A stretch of 64,000 nt of DNA from Octopus vulgaris (taxonomy: Eukaryota), in contig OX597820.1 of the NCBI GenBank assembly GCA_951406725.2, positions 43,586,001 through 43,650,000 on the forward strand, read 5' to 3'. A model generated the notes under the pieces. That model worked only from the letters and a program-made list of their open reading frames with translations. It ran no database searches and was not told the DNA's origin. Both the position numbers and the translations under genes were made by a program. This document shows, piece by piece, positions 53,286-64,000 of this stretch. Position 1 is the stretch's first letter. Every line of letters begins with the position of its first letter.

Positions 53286-53804
53286 AAACTAAATATCTAG
53301 CCAGGGTAATCAAACAATAATAATATACAGAATAATATACAGAATGTACAGAATAAAAACACGCATAACTGTAGATAACTCCAAGCAAGCTTTGAAGAAA
53401 ATGTATTTGGAAAGGTAAAGTAGAAGTGACCCTACTATAATCAGAATGGATGAATCAAAAGAAATGTCTGCTCAAAGTACAACACATCAAAAGAAATCAA
53501 TTCCATGGAATAAAATGTAAAAACAAGGCTGTATGAAATAATTTCCTCGGAAAATAATTCGTGAATTATGGAATATATGGAATACCGTCGAAGGAAAGGT
53601 GAATAGATCTTCGCACAGAAAGACCCATTTTTGGTAAATCGAACAAAATTGAATCGAAAGAGTTATACAGCAGAAAAAAAACATAAAATAATAAAACAAC
53701 AAAAACTAAAATGAAAAGACATCTCGGTGAAAAGAATTCAGTCATATCAACAATATTATATACCAAAGCATTTTAAGTTGATATCAACAAATATATATAT
53801 ATAC

Positions 53805-53988
53805 ATCCCCATGATAGATTGTTAGCCACTACACACATTTTTTTCTCTCTTTGTTTTTTCTGTGTCCCTTTCTGCAGAAGAGCGTAGACTCGAAACGTAA
53901 AATACTTTTTCTATTCCTGAGCGTTATACTAATACATCTGTTTGTTTTGTACACCACCTGTCTTCGTCTATTTTTTTTCGTAAACTCT

Positions 53989-53992
<4 letters not shown>
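53805..53992 (+). mobile_element. Penelope-like pseudo-LTR fragment, copy 3
   Basis: Lies between (TA)n tracts and is homologous to copies 1 and 2. Confidence 0.65.
53864..53905 (+). ncRNA. Minimal type I hammerhead-like motif, variant core
   Basis: CTTT-CTGCAGA-A-GAGC(GTAG)ACTC-GAAAC-GT-A-AAATAC. Confidence 0.45.
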
Positions 53993-54043
<51 letters not shown>

Positions 54044-54121
54044 AAGAGAGAAAGAAAGAGAGAGAGAGAGAGAGAAACATCTAGTTTTAAATCTCTGAGC
54101 GTGAGATATGCAGTTACAAAA

Positions 54122-54761
54122 CAGTAAAGTTTATTTGCCCACATGACATAAAGTTTATTTGTCCAGCTGGCTACCGACACATAGTTTGTGTCCGTATAGT
54201 ATGAGCAAGGAAGTTTATCGCTCCCATTTTTAGCCTTCGTGATACTCACAGACCTAGGTTTCCGATTGCTTCTCATCTTCGGTGCGGGATAGTCACAGGT
54301 CAGTGAGGAGGGCTTACTCGACTTGCTCATTATATTTGTTTATAAAACGACACACCAACGATGATCTCGTAAAAGGAAAAAAAAAACTAGTTTTATATCG
54401 CTGAGTGAGAGATATGCAGTAACAGTACCGAACTGGAAAGTTTATTTGCCAACAGAATACTGCAGTTCTACACAGGACGATGCTACGACTGCTTAGTCCC
54501 AGGAAAACATTTTTTCCAGCTGGCTACCGACACACAGTTTGTGTCCGTGTACTATGAGGACGATGTTATTACTCATAGTAGACGGGAAACAACTCAGAAA
54601 CCTAGATTTGTGAGTATCACGAAGGCTAGAGATGCGAGCGATAAACTCCCTTGCTCATACTATACGGGCACAAGCTGGAAAAGGTGTTTTCCTGGGGCTA
54701 AACAATAGTAATATCCTCCTGTGAAGGACTGCCACATTCTGAGGCCAAATAAACTTTACTG
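54122..54761. mobile_element. Foldback/MITE-like element with long inverted arms
   Basis: CAGTAAAGTTTATTTG..CAAATAAACTTTACTG termini. 54186-54261 is inverted at 54598-54673, and 54437-54522 is inverted at 54673-54757. Confidence 0.78.
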
Positions 54762-54784
54762 TATACATACAGATTTCGTGTATG

Positions 54785-54986
54785 TTTTCCCTCCACCAAC
54801 TCATGACAACCGATGCTGCTTTGTCTACGTCGCTGTAACTTAGGTTTCGGTAAAAGAGACTGATAGAATAAGTACAAGGCTTTAAAAACAATAAGTACCG
54901 GGGTCTATTCGTTCGACTAAAGCCCTTTCAGGCGGTACCCAGTGTTGTTGCAGTCCAATGACTGAAACAAATGAAAGACGAAAGAT
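54785..54986 (+). mobile_element. SINE family C, 3' half
   Basis: GACAACCGATGCT..AAAAGAGAC.GATAGAATAAGTAC..ATGACTGAAACAA. Confidence 0.75.
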
Positions 54987-55039
54987 AATGAATTGGGTTT
55001 TACAAATTAAAACACTAAGGAAAAATATGAATCATAAAC

Positions 55040-55960
55040 AGAAATCTTTAAACAAGGAAATGGCGAATACTAACATAGGAAGTATAATCTTGTTTAGCTG
55101 GTGACATAATCAGAAACTCGATAAAACTTGAAAGCAACTTGAAAGTTCCAGGTATTAGCAAAATACAATAGTTCTAGCTGTAATACCTAACCAGCAATCA
55201 TGCATATATAGCTACAACATTCAGAGAATTTGTGATGATAAATTGGATAATTGTTGAAGCCAGCAAAACGGGAGAAAACACCTAAGCATGGTATGCATTG
55301 ATTACTGAAATTCATTTGATGGCATGCCGTTCTCTTTGATAGAAGGGTCACGCCATATCAATAACCTGGCTCTGTTACACCAAACACGCAATTTCAAGAT
55401 GAATGACACAAACATATCATCACCCGGTAAACAAAAAAAGAATCAATTAAAAGTAACCTTATCTTGCTAAGAAAAGCACCTCTGAAGATTAATTATTTTC
55501 TCTTTTGTTTAATTTTAACCCAAATATTTTAGTGAATGAACCCACGAGAGCTTGTAAATGCAATGGACAAATAATCGAATAAAATATATCCTGGTGTACG
55601 GAACCAAACCTCGGAGAAAAATCTACCTAAATGTGTTCGCGAAGTCCTCTGCGATACAGAATATAGTATGATGCAAAGTTCTTAAAGCTGAGAGTATTAA
55701 ATTAAAATCAGATATTTAGATCAGAGACTGAGATCCATAATCACTCACACTAATAATCAGAAGCAGGTGTATCCGATGATCAGTAAGACGTAAATGAAAG
55801 AGAAAATTAGAAAATAGTATAATAAATAGGAAATTAAGTGAATTAAAGAGACTTGATTGGAGAAATAAATAACTGTACAACTTTCTGGATTCCACATACT
55901 ACATATAAAGTATATAATTCCTGATACACAGTATAGATAGGGCCTGATAGATTGTAACAT
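55040..55960 (+). pseudogene. Very old R4/Dong-like RT relic
   Basis: NLKVPGISKIQ*F*L*YLT..H (cf. NWKAPG.D.I.NFWLK.LT) and RKHLSMVCIDY*NSFDGMP (cf. NLSMAWIDYKKAFDSVP). Confidence 0.55.
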
Positions 55961-56449
55961 TCAGTCTATAAAAATACTTACAATCTAGCAGCAAATACAG
56001 AGAATGGCATATGGTCAATATGCAACAAAGCTCAAGCGATAGGCCAAATACTGTAATCTAAATATAGACAAGAAGTTATGATTTTAACCGAATAAAAGAA
56101 GCGATTGGCCATATAAAACTATAAAAGTAAAACAATGAAACAAGGAACTGAAACGTAGACTATATAATAAGTATTATTTTATGATTGGCTACATTATCAA
56201 ATGTATTGAATTAAACAAACAATTGTGATAGTATTATAGACAAACTACAACCCGTTGTCTTCCATTTTGTTAAACGGTATAGCATCATTTGAAGGAATTT
56301 AGCTGCAATTTCTTGGAAAGGTAATCGTTAGATTATAGTGAAAAACACTTGTAGAACACGAGTACCACTCACTAAATCACTTTGATTAGTATCTAGAGAC
56401 AGTGCGAAGCCAGGTAACCAGTAATCACATGCAACCGCATGTTTTACAA

Positions 56450-56640
56450 TAATGGTCCTCTCCTAGGCTGCTTTGACAACAGCTAGGGGTCCTTCATGTC
56501 CAGCTGTTTTAATTGTATGCCTGTTAACACTCTTAACGCCCTTTGACGAATCTTGTTTATCTTACCTCTTGGTGTCCAAAAGCCACCCTGATCACCAAGC
56601 ATATATACGTGTGCATCATGTGCATGATTTTGAACTGCAT
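56450..56640 (-). pseudogene. RTE-like LINE C-terminal relic
   Basis: FWTPRGKINKIRQR..QLKQL resembles W.P.GKR.RGRP. Confidence 0.4.
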
Positions 56641-57394
56641 CCGAATGTGGACTCTGGTTCGGGAGTTTCAGCATTTTGCGAAGTGTGTAACCACCTCTTA
56701 GTTACTTTAATCCCAAGGTCTACTCTGAGCCAGAGTAGTAGCATTTGTCTGGGTTCCAGTTATGGGTTAAATAGCATGTAACCACTCAGGCCATGACATG
56801 GTGTAATTATGGGGATATAGCATGGTCCATGTAATCTATTTTGGCCAAAGAACTTTATAGAATCAAAGGCAAATAGCAATAGAATTTGAGCGTGAGAACA
56901 GAGAGCAAACTGTCAAGGACCAGAATCAACCAAATCAATCAGCGAACTACTATTGCCATCTGTAGTTGTGGCGTGTGAAGATGGGATATTTCAGCTAGCG
57001 AAAGAGCAATATCACAAGAACATGTCCAGCTGTTCAACATGTAAATAGATCTTCCTCTATTTCGACTATATGTCAGTTATTTGTTCAACTGAATTAGTTC
57101 CTCATAGAATTAAGTGTAAGTAACTGAATACTACATAGACATGTCTTGTATATGTGTGTCTGTTAATGAGTGTATATTTTTGTTGTTGACGTCATAAGAA
57201 TTTATAAACATTGGAAAGAAAAATGAAAGAATTCTTTCTTCCAAACTGGATCTCGATGTACTCATAAAGCTATAAATAATAGCATGTCAATATTGGTTTC
57301 AAAACGCCCTTTTGGGTAGAAATTGTCAAATGCCGTCGGTGGGACTTGAACGCACATCTGAATGCATAAGAGGCGTTCTACAATTGTTTATGTA

Positions 57395-57599
57395 CGAGGG
57401 GGTGCTGAAAAGTTCCTGGGTTTAAGCGTATCGTGAAAGGCCTGGTTGGAGGCCGAACCTTTGGAGTTCATTTACAGAGCTTTGGAAAACTGCAATACGT
57501 TTGTGAATCTGAGAACAGAATAGATTGAATAAAATCATATTTAACTGACCCTCCTCTATTTTCTGTTACCCAAAGCCAGGAAAATTTCAGCAACCCTTG
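57395..57599 (+). mobile_element. Mariner-derived MITE
   Basis: TA|CGAGGGGGTGCTGAAAAGTTCCTGG ... CCAGGAAAATTTCAGCAACCCTTG imperfect TIRs. Confidence 0.8.
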
Positions 57600-57659
57600 C
57601 ATGTATATGTATATACTCTCAAATCTTTGACATTGCAATTTACCCCTAACTACAATATT

Positions 57660-58151
57660 TCTCCCATTTTTCTACTCATTTCATCCTATCTTTTTCACTC
57701 CCTATCATTGCCCTTAGTCTCTTTTTTCTCTCAATTTCATTAGTATTTCTCTGACTTTCTTACTTCCTCTCTCTCTCTCTCTCTCTCTCCCCTCTTTCTC
57801 TCTACTTCCGTTCCCTTCTCAAATCCCCCACCGAAGTCTCCTTCAAAAAATCTCTTCCTCTTCTTCTTTATCATATATCCTTCTGCTTCTTTCTGGCAAG
57901 TATTTTTTTCATTCTCGCACTTATCCCCTCCACCCTCAATCCTTATTTTTCTTTCTTTTTCCGTTTTCTTTCTTTCTCTATCTAATATTAATGTTTCGTT
58001 TTTGCAGCACTTTCTCAGATACCTTGATATCTCTGTCAGTCAAAGTCGCCATCGTTTCTTCCATCCATCTTGCTCTCTCTTCTTCCTGCTTTCCTCTCTT
58101 TCGCCTCTCTCCCTTTCTATTTCCTTCTCTCTCCTCTCTTTATTTCTCCTC

Positions 58152-58196
<45 letters not shown>

Positions 58197-58385
58197 ATCT
58201 CTCTACATTTCTCTTATACCCGCACAACCGAATATTTTACGAATTTATTCTACTTCTCGCAGACGTGTCTTTCAGCCAACGTATCGTTGTCTCTGATATG
58301 TTACTTAATCTTTCGTTCGCATATCTCACTCATTCACTCTTATTCTCCTCTTTCTATTTTTCTCTTTCTCTCTCTCTTTCTCTCC

Positions 58386-58423
<38 letters not shown>

Positions 58424-58480
58424 GCACCTTTCTCTCTATCTTTATCCGTTATTTTCGCACATCATATTTCAGTTTCTCTC
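57660..58480 (+). repeat. Polypyrimidine/(CT)n low-complexity tract
   Basis: Directly visible. Confidence 0.9.
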
Positions 58481-59371
58481 ATTCACGTTAATATCTTGAT
58501 TTCATTTCATGTCGAAAATAGTACGATGTTTGACAACGAGAATAAATGATAGCCAGTGCATTAGAACCAATTAGGAATAATTAAGGTCACAGGAGGGTAA
58601 TTAGGATCAGTTCTTAATGAAATGTAATTATTACAGATGATACTTTTTTGATGAGGAAAGAGGCAAAGCAAAACGAAGAATGATAGACAACCAACAGTCG
58701 TTGTCAATATCAAGTTGTACCGAATAACACCACTAAAGAATATATCGAAATACAATTATTTCCAAGTGGAGATGAAACAATAATATTCATGAGTTAGATG
58801 GAATTAATTTACCATCAGCCTAGAATATTCCAATTTTTATGTAAATCTTTCGAAGAGTGAATTTCAAAATAGATTTTCAGCAACATGTTCAGAAAGCTCT
58901 AGATTAAACTAACGTAATTTTCTAATATCAACGCAATTAATCTTAGTTTTTATCCTCTTATTCTTTTTGTAATTACTCTTGTTATATTATTGTAAAGTTA
59001 CATCTTGGAAATTTGTATTATTTTCTTTTAAATTTTCGTTTAAATATGGAAATACGAAGATGGTGAAAGCCAGTAAAACGAGTTAAAAAGCGGAGAGAGT
59101 GGGAAGAAAAGAAAGTGATGTGTCCCGCTGGAAGTAGAAAACGCATCAAAACCTCAAAATATGTGCACGGCAGCTATTGTTTAACCCCAAGTTGACACTG
59201 ACTGTCCAGAACTGTAGTCAGTATGACTACTCCGTATTTCTATGTGATATTGCGTATGTACGACTGAATCTTACGACGTGTTCATTCCTCTACAAGACGT
59301 TGCCGTTTAATTTAATTCTGCTGCAACTCGTTTCAACATTTTACAGTTACACAATGTGGAGAGATTGAATG

Positions 59372-59550
59372 GAGAGTGTGTAGATTGTTACAGGCACTGG
59401 ACAAATGCATAACAACATTTTTTTCCGTCTCTTTACGATCTGAGTTCAAATGCCGCCGAGGTCAATATTGCCTTTCATCCTTTTGGTGTCGATGTAATAC
59501 ACTAGCATTTTCAACCAAAATTTCAGGCTTCGTGTCCATAATAGAAAACA

Positions 59551-59633
<83 letters not shown>

Positions 59634-59870
59634 CATTATTATCATTATTATTATTAAGGCTGGTAGAATTGTTAGCAGGCTGGACGAAATGCTTAGAGGT
59701 ATTTCGCCCGTCGCTACATTCAGAGTTCAAATTTCAAATTCCGCAGAGGTCGACTTTACCTTTCATCCTTTCAGTGTCGATAAATTAAGTACTAGTTGAG
59801 TACTGGGGTCGATGTAATCGACTATCCCCATCACCCAACATTCAGGCTTTGTGCCTATAATAGAAAGAAT
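59372..59870 (+). mobile_element. Two SINE A copies separated by (TTA)n
   Basis: Copies at about 59372-59550 and 59656-59870. Confidence 0.78.
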
Positions 59871-59910
59871 ACTTCTTCTTTCTCCTCCTCCTCCTTCGTC
59901 TTCTTCTTAC

Positions 59911-59957
<47 letters not shown>

Positions 59958-59962
<5 letters not shown>

Positions 59963-61641
59963 TAGTTTTATTTTTATAGCGTGCTTTCACTTCACTACCG
60001 AGCGCAGCTCTGTGTGCCTTGGGTATGTGCTGAGATTTGTTGTGATGCTCTGATGGTTATTGTATGGAAAGTGTTCTGCGTAGGATGTGTGCAGTGCCTA
60101 GTAGTGCAATTTTATGTATGTTATATGTGTTTGTAAGTCCTGGTGTTTTTGTTATGTATTTGTCTGAATATTTTTTATCATGCCTAATGCACCTACTATG
60201 ATAGGAATTGTTTCTGTTTTCAGGTTCCACATTCTAGTTACCTCTATTTCCAGGTCTTTGTATTTTGAGAGTTTCTCCATTTCTTTTAGAGAAAGGTTGT
60301 CATCTGCCGGTATTGATACATCAATTAGAAAGCATTTTTTTCTTCATGATCTCTGACAACGATATCTGGTCTGTTGGCCTTAATTTCTCTATCTGTATGT
60401 ATCGGCATATCCCAGAGTATGGTTGCTTTCTCGTTTTCTGTGACCTTTTCTGGTGTGTGCCTATACCATCTTTTTTCTGTTGTTATTCCATAATGTTGGC
60501 ATAGCTTCCAATGTATGTAGGTTCCAACTCTGTCATGTCTGTGAATATATTCCTTCTTAGCCAGGACTGGGCAGCTAGAGATAATATGATGTATTGTTTC
60601 TTGTCCATCTCCACATATTCTGCAGTTACTTGTAATATTTCTTTTCATTACATGTTTTTGGTAATTTCTGGTGGGGAGGCTTTGGTCTTGTGCTGCAATT
60701 AAAAATCCCTCTGTTTCTGCTTTGAGTCCTGAGCTTCTCAACCATTGCTGGGATTTTTCTTTGTCTATTTCTTTTGCGTTTAGTTTAGTGCAGTATTTAC
60801 CATGAAGGGGTTTTTCTTGCCATCGTTTTATCATGGCTCGTTGCTGTTCTATTTTTAGTTTGGATTTCATTTGTTTTATAGCTTTTGTTGTTTCTTCATC
60901 ATCTTCTTCTTCTTCTTTGTGTTTATTAGGTGGTATGATTTCTTGTTTGTATTTGTCAGCTTCCTTAAATACTGAGAACAGTTTTTTGTTTTGCTCGTGT
61001 TTTGCTGCTATCTGGATCAGTTTTCCTTCCCTCTGGAGTAGGTATTTTTGCAGTCCTATGGTGGTTATTTTATAGTAGTTTTCCAGCTGTATAAGGCCTC
61101 TACCACCTTCTATACGTTGTATATATAGTCTTTCTATGTCAGATTTTGGGTGATGCATCCTAGATCCTGTCAGTATTTTTCTTGTTTTCCTATCTATTTT
61201 GGACAGTTCATTTCGTGTCCAGTTAAGGATATTGTAGCTGTAACTTATAACTGGGACAGCTAAAGTGTTGATACCTATTATCTTGTTTTTAGCATTGAGC
61301 TCTGTTTTTAGTATTGATCTAACTCGTCTATAATATTCTTTTTTATTTTCTCTTTCATTTGTGTGTGTTGTGTCTTATCTAGTTCATGGATTCCTAAGTA
61401 TTTGTAAGCTTGGCTTTGGTCTAATTCTTTTATTTCATTGGTTTTATCTAGTGTGATGTTGTTACTCTTAACTAGTTTTCCTCTTTTCATGGTTACTTTG
61501 GCGCATTTTTCTAATCCAAATTTCATATTTATTTCTTTGGTAAATCCATGAACTGTCTTTAATAGTGTTTCCAGCTGTTTGCCATTTGCAGCGTATAGTT
61601 TTAGGTCATCCATATATAAAAGGTGGCTGATCGTTTTGCCG
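59958..61641 (-). mobile_element. R4/Dong-like LINE, 5'-truncated within RT (copy D, longest)
   Basis: ISHLLYMDDLKLYA, FGLEKCA, YKYLGI, RLYIQRIEGGRGL, CCHC finger and RPDIV..KYKDL. The frame is broken only at homopolymer runs. (TAA)n on both sides. Confidence 0.96.
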
Positions 61642-61667
61642 TTATTATTATTATTATTATAATAATC

Positions 61668-61703
<36 letters not shown>

Positions 61704-61744
61704 GTTATTATGAGTATTATTATTATTATTATTGTTATTATTGT

Positions 61745-62295
61745 TTAGTAGGAGAGCACTGCATGCCATCAAAGTGACACTGAGGTATAAATATACGAAG
61801 CCCAATATACCCATCATGACTACCTGTCTGATAAGAGTACACCAGCTTCATGTATCACAAACATATGTGTGCGGCATGGTGACCTTAATACCAAGATAAA
61901 CAGCGCATGACCTTGCAGGTGGATCCCATTTAGCATTTTCTTCGGGTTGACTAGCCCATGCTGATCAAAAGGTCCCTGAATGAGGGTCCTTTAAGGACGA
62001 TGGACGAAACACTCATGATTCCAGTGTTGAATTATTCAAACCTCAATGAATTTCTCGCAGCCCATGGCCATGATACTCTCTCACTACTCCTGCTCATGAT
62101 TAAAGATGCAAATATATCGTCAACCACAAAAGAACATGCTCAGCTGGCTAAGGTCAAATAAGTGACAGGCAAATCTGTGGTTTTGAGCAGAATATTTGTT
62201 GTGGTATCTTTTTGTACCAAGACAGAACACGTACATGTTTAACACTTCCAGTCAGTTAAGATCAGAAGCCATGAAAGTCACTGCCTGGTACTGTA
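61745..62295 (-). mobile_element. Second, older copy of the 557-bp (TAA)n-associated element
   Basis: Colinear with 485-1041. Confidence 0.8.
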
Positions 62296-62339
62296 TATAT
62301 CACTATCACCATTATTATTATTATTGAAGACGTCGCACA

Positions 62340-63150
62340 GTATCTAATATCGTGATGCTGTTCATTGAAGGAATTACGTCTATCCGGGCTTTGTACTGTC
62401 CGTCAAGTTACAACACGGATATCAGACAGACAGTACCGTACGCAATATGCGTGCAATTCCTAGTGATGCCGCTTCTAACAACACGCCTAGATTGTACGGT
62501 ATTTCTAAAGTTTCCATATGTTTCTTTTTCAGAATGGGTGGGTAGTCCGATGACAATTGGAACGACATTTATGTTTGACTCTCGTAGCTGCCACATCTTA
62601 GCGAGCTCAATTCTCTGGTCTCCATATTTATCAATCGTTTCTCCTTCTTTCATGATAATATGTTGTTCTCCCCTGGCACTGCCACGTCAATTATTCGGCA
62701 CTCTTGTTTGCCTCTCCTAAATGTTACTATATCCAGCCTACGATGCTCCAACACCTTGTCTGCCTGGAAGTCAAATTACCAGAGGATTTTAGCCTTCCTC
62801 TTTTCACCTATTACCTTTTTCGGTGTATGTTGGTACCAAGCACCCGTTACCCCGTATTTATACTTCTGGCATAGTAGCCAATGAAGGTTCGGGGCTACCT
62901 TAACGTGTCTGCGCTTGTACTCTTTCTGCGCATGACTTTCACAAGCACTTATAATGTGAGTCACGTTTTCGACCCTCCTCTCTCACATTCGGCAGAGGTT
63001 CGTTGCACTTCAGTTGTATATATCCCTTTTCACTGCGTTGGTATTCAACGTCTGATCCTGGGCAGCGACGATTACGCGTTCAGTATTCTTCTTTAGGTCA
63101 CCCTTGCTGAGCCACCTCTATGATGCTTCCTGGTCTTTTTAGTTATTAGT
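62340..63150 (-). pseudogene. Older R4/Dong-like LINE, distinct family, C-terminal part
   Basis: THIISACESHAQKEYKRRH..LHWLLCQKY..WYQHTPKKV..KILW, RLDIV, IIDVAVPG, VVPIVIG. Confidence 0.85.
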
Positions 63151-63194
63151 TTATTAGCTCTATATTTGTAAAAGTTGGCTCCAAGTCTCACCTA

Positions 63195-63668
63195 GTGGAT
63201 ATAATTGCTTACTTTGTCATGTTTATATACATATTCATACTTGGCAAGGACTGGGCAGCCCGAGATGATGTAGTCAACTGTCTCATTGTATTAGTTGCAC
63301 ATTCTGCATTTGGTGATGAGGCCTGTTTTCATTATTTTGCTTTTATAATTGTTTTAGTCAATTTTATAATTGTTTTTAGTCTTGTACAGCGAGAATCAGT
63401 CCTTCCGTTCCGGCTTTTAGTCCAGAGCTTTTGAGACACTGTTGGTTTTTACTAAGACTCACTTTCTTGCTGTGAAGCCTTGCAAGGTACTGGCTATGAC
63501 GTGATTTTTCTCTCCATTTCTTCGTCAGTATCTTTTGTAATTCAATTTTCATATTTTCTTTTTGTCTCTCTGATCATTTCTGCTATGTTGTCATCTGAGA
63601 TTAATGTGTCAGTGTAGCTTGCTTCTGTCATGTATTTTGTCGCCACCTTGTTTATAGAGAAAAACAGT
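63195..63668 (-). pseudogene. Third R4/Dong-like family fragment
   Basis: LKSSGLKAGTEGLILAVQD and KCRMCN*YNETVDYIISGCPVLAK. Confidence 0.75.
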
Positions 63669-64000
63669 GGAGGCGCAATGGCCCAGTGGTTAGGGCAGCG
63701 GACTCGCGATCGTAGGATCGCGGTTTCGATTCCCAGACCGGGCGTTGTGAGTGTTTATTGAGCGAAAACACCTAAAGCTCCACGAGGCTCCGGCAGGGAT
63801 GGTGGTGATCCCTACTGTACTCTTTCACCACAACTTTCTCTCACTCTTATTTCCTGTTTCTGTTGTACCTGTATTTCAAAGGGCCGGCCTTGTCACTCTC
63901 TGTGTCACGCTGAATATCCCCGAGAACTACGTTAAGGGTACACGTGTCTGTGGAGTGCTCAGCCACTTACACGTTAATTTCACGAGCAGGCTGTTCCGTT
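63669..64000 (+). mobile_element. tRNA-derived SINE family E (runs off the window)
   Basis: A box TGGCCCAGTGG and B box GTTTCGATTCCC followed by a non-tRNA body. Confidence 0.85.

Noticed and set aside
63669-63745. tRNA genes here and at 1865, 39474 and 52875
   Set aside because: A and B boxes are present but there is no proper acceptor stem or cloverleaf, and each continues into a SINE body.

Overview
This is AT-rich, microsatellite-dense eukaryotic DNA. The repeat repertoire points to a coleoid cephalopod, probably Octopus (inference from family recognition, not searched). No intact protein-coding gene is evident, and nearly all listed ORFs are microsatellite or antisense-transposon artefacts. 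Contents: about 20 copies of one tRNA-derived SINE (including multimers) plus other SINE families; four near-identical, 5'-truncated R4/Dong-like LINE copies, all in (TAA)n; older R4/Dong, L1/Tx1 and RTE LINE relics; maT/Tc1-mariner, piggyBac and Helitron relics; and MITE/foldback elements. Most interesting: (1) a three-copy, (TA)n-associated element carrying a minimal type I hammerhead-ribozyme-like motif with a non-canonical core (CUG[U/C]NGA); (2) unusual 5' junctions of the young Dong-like LINEs, namely an 8x29 + 3x22 bp reiteration of the LINE's own sequence and an exact 84-bp inverted copy of DNA 1.3 kb away; (3) other locally templated insertions; (4) a 557-bp non-coding element that also sits in (TAA)n; (5) a speculative spliced exon chain at 28.7-29.9 kb interrupted only by two UAG codons. 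Coordinates of degraded elements are approximate.
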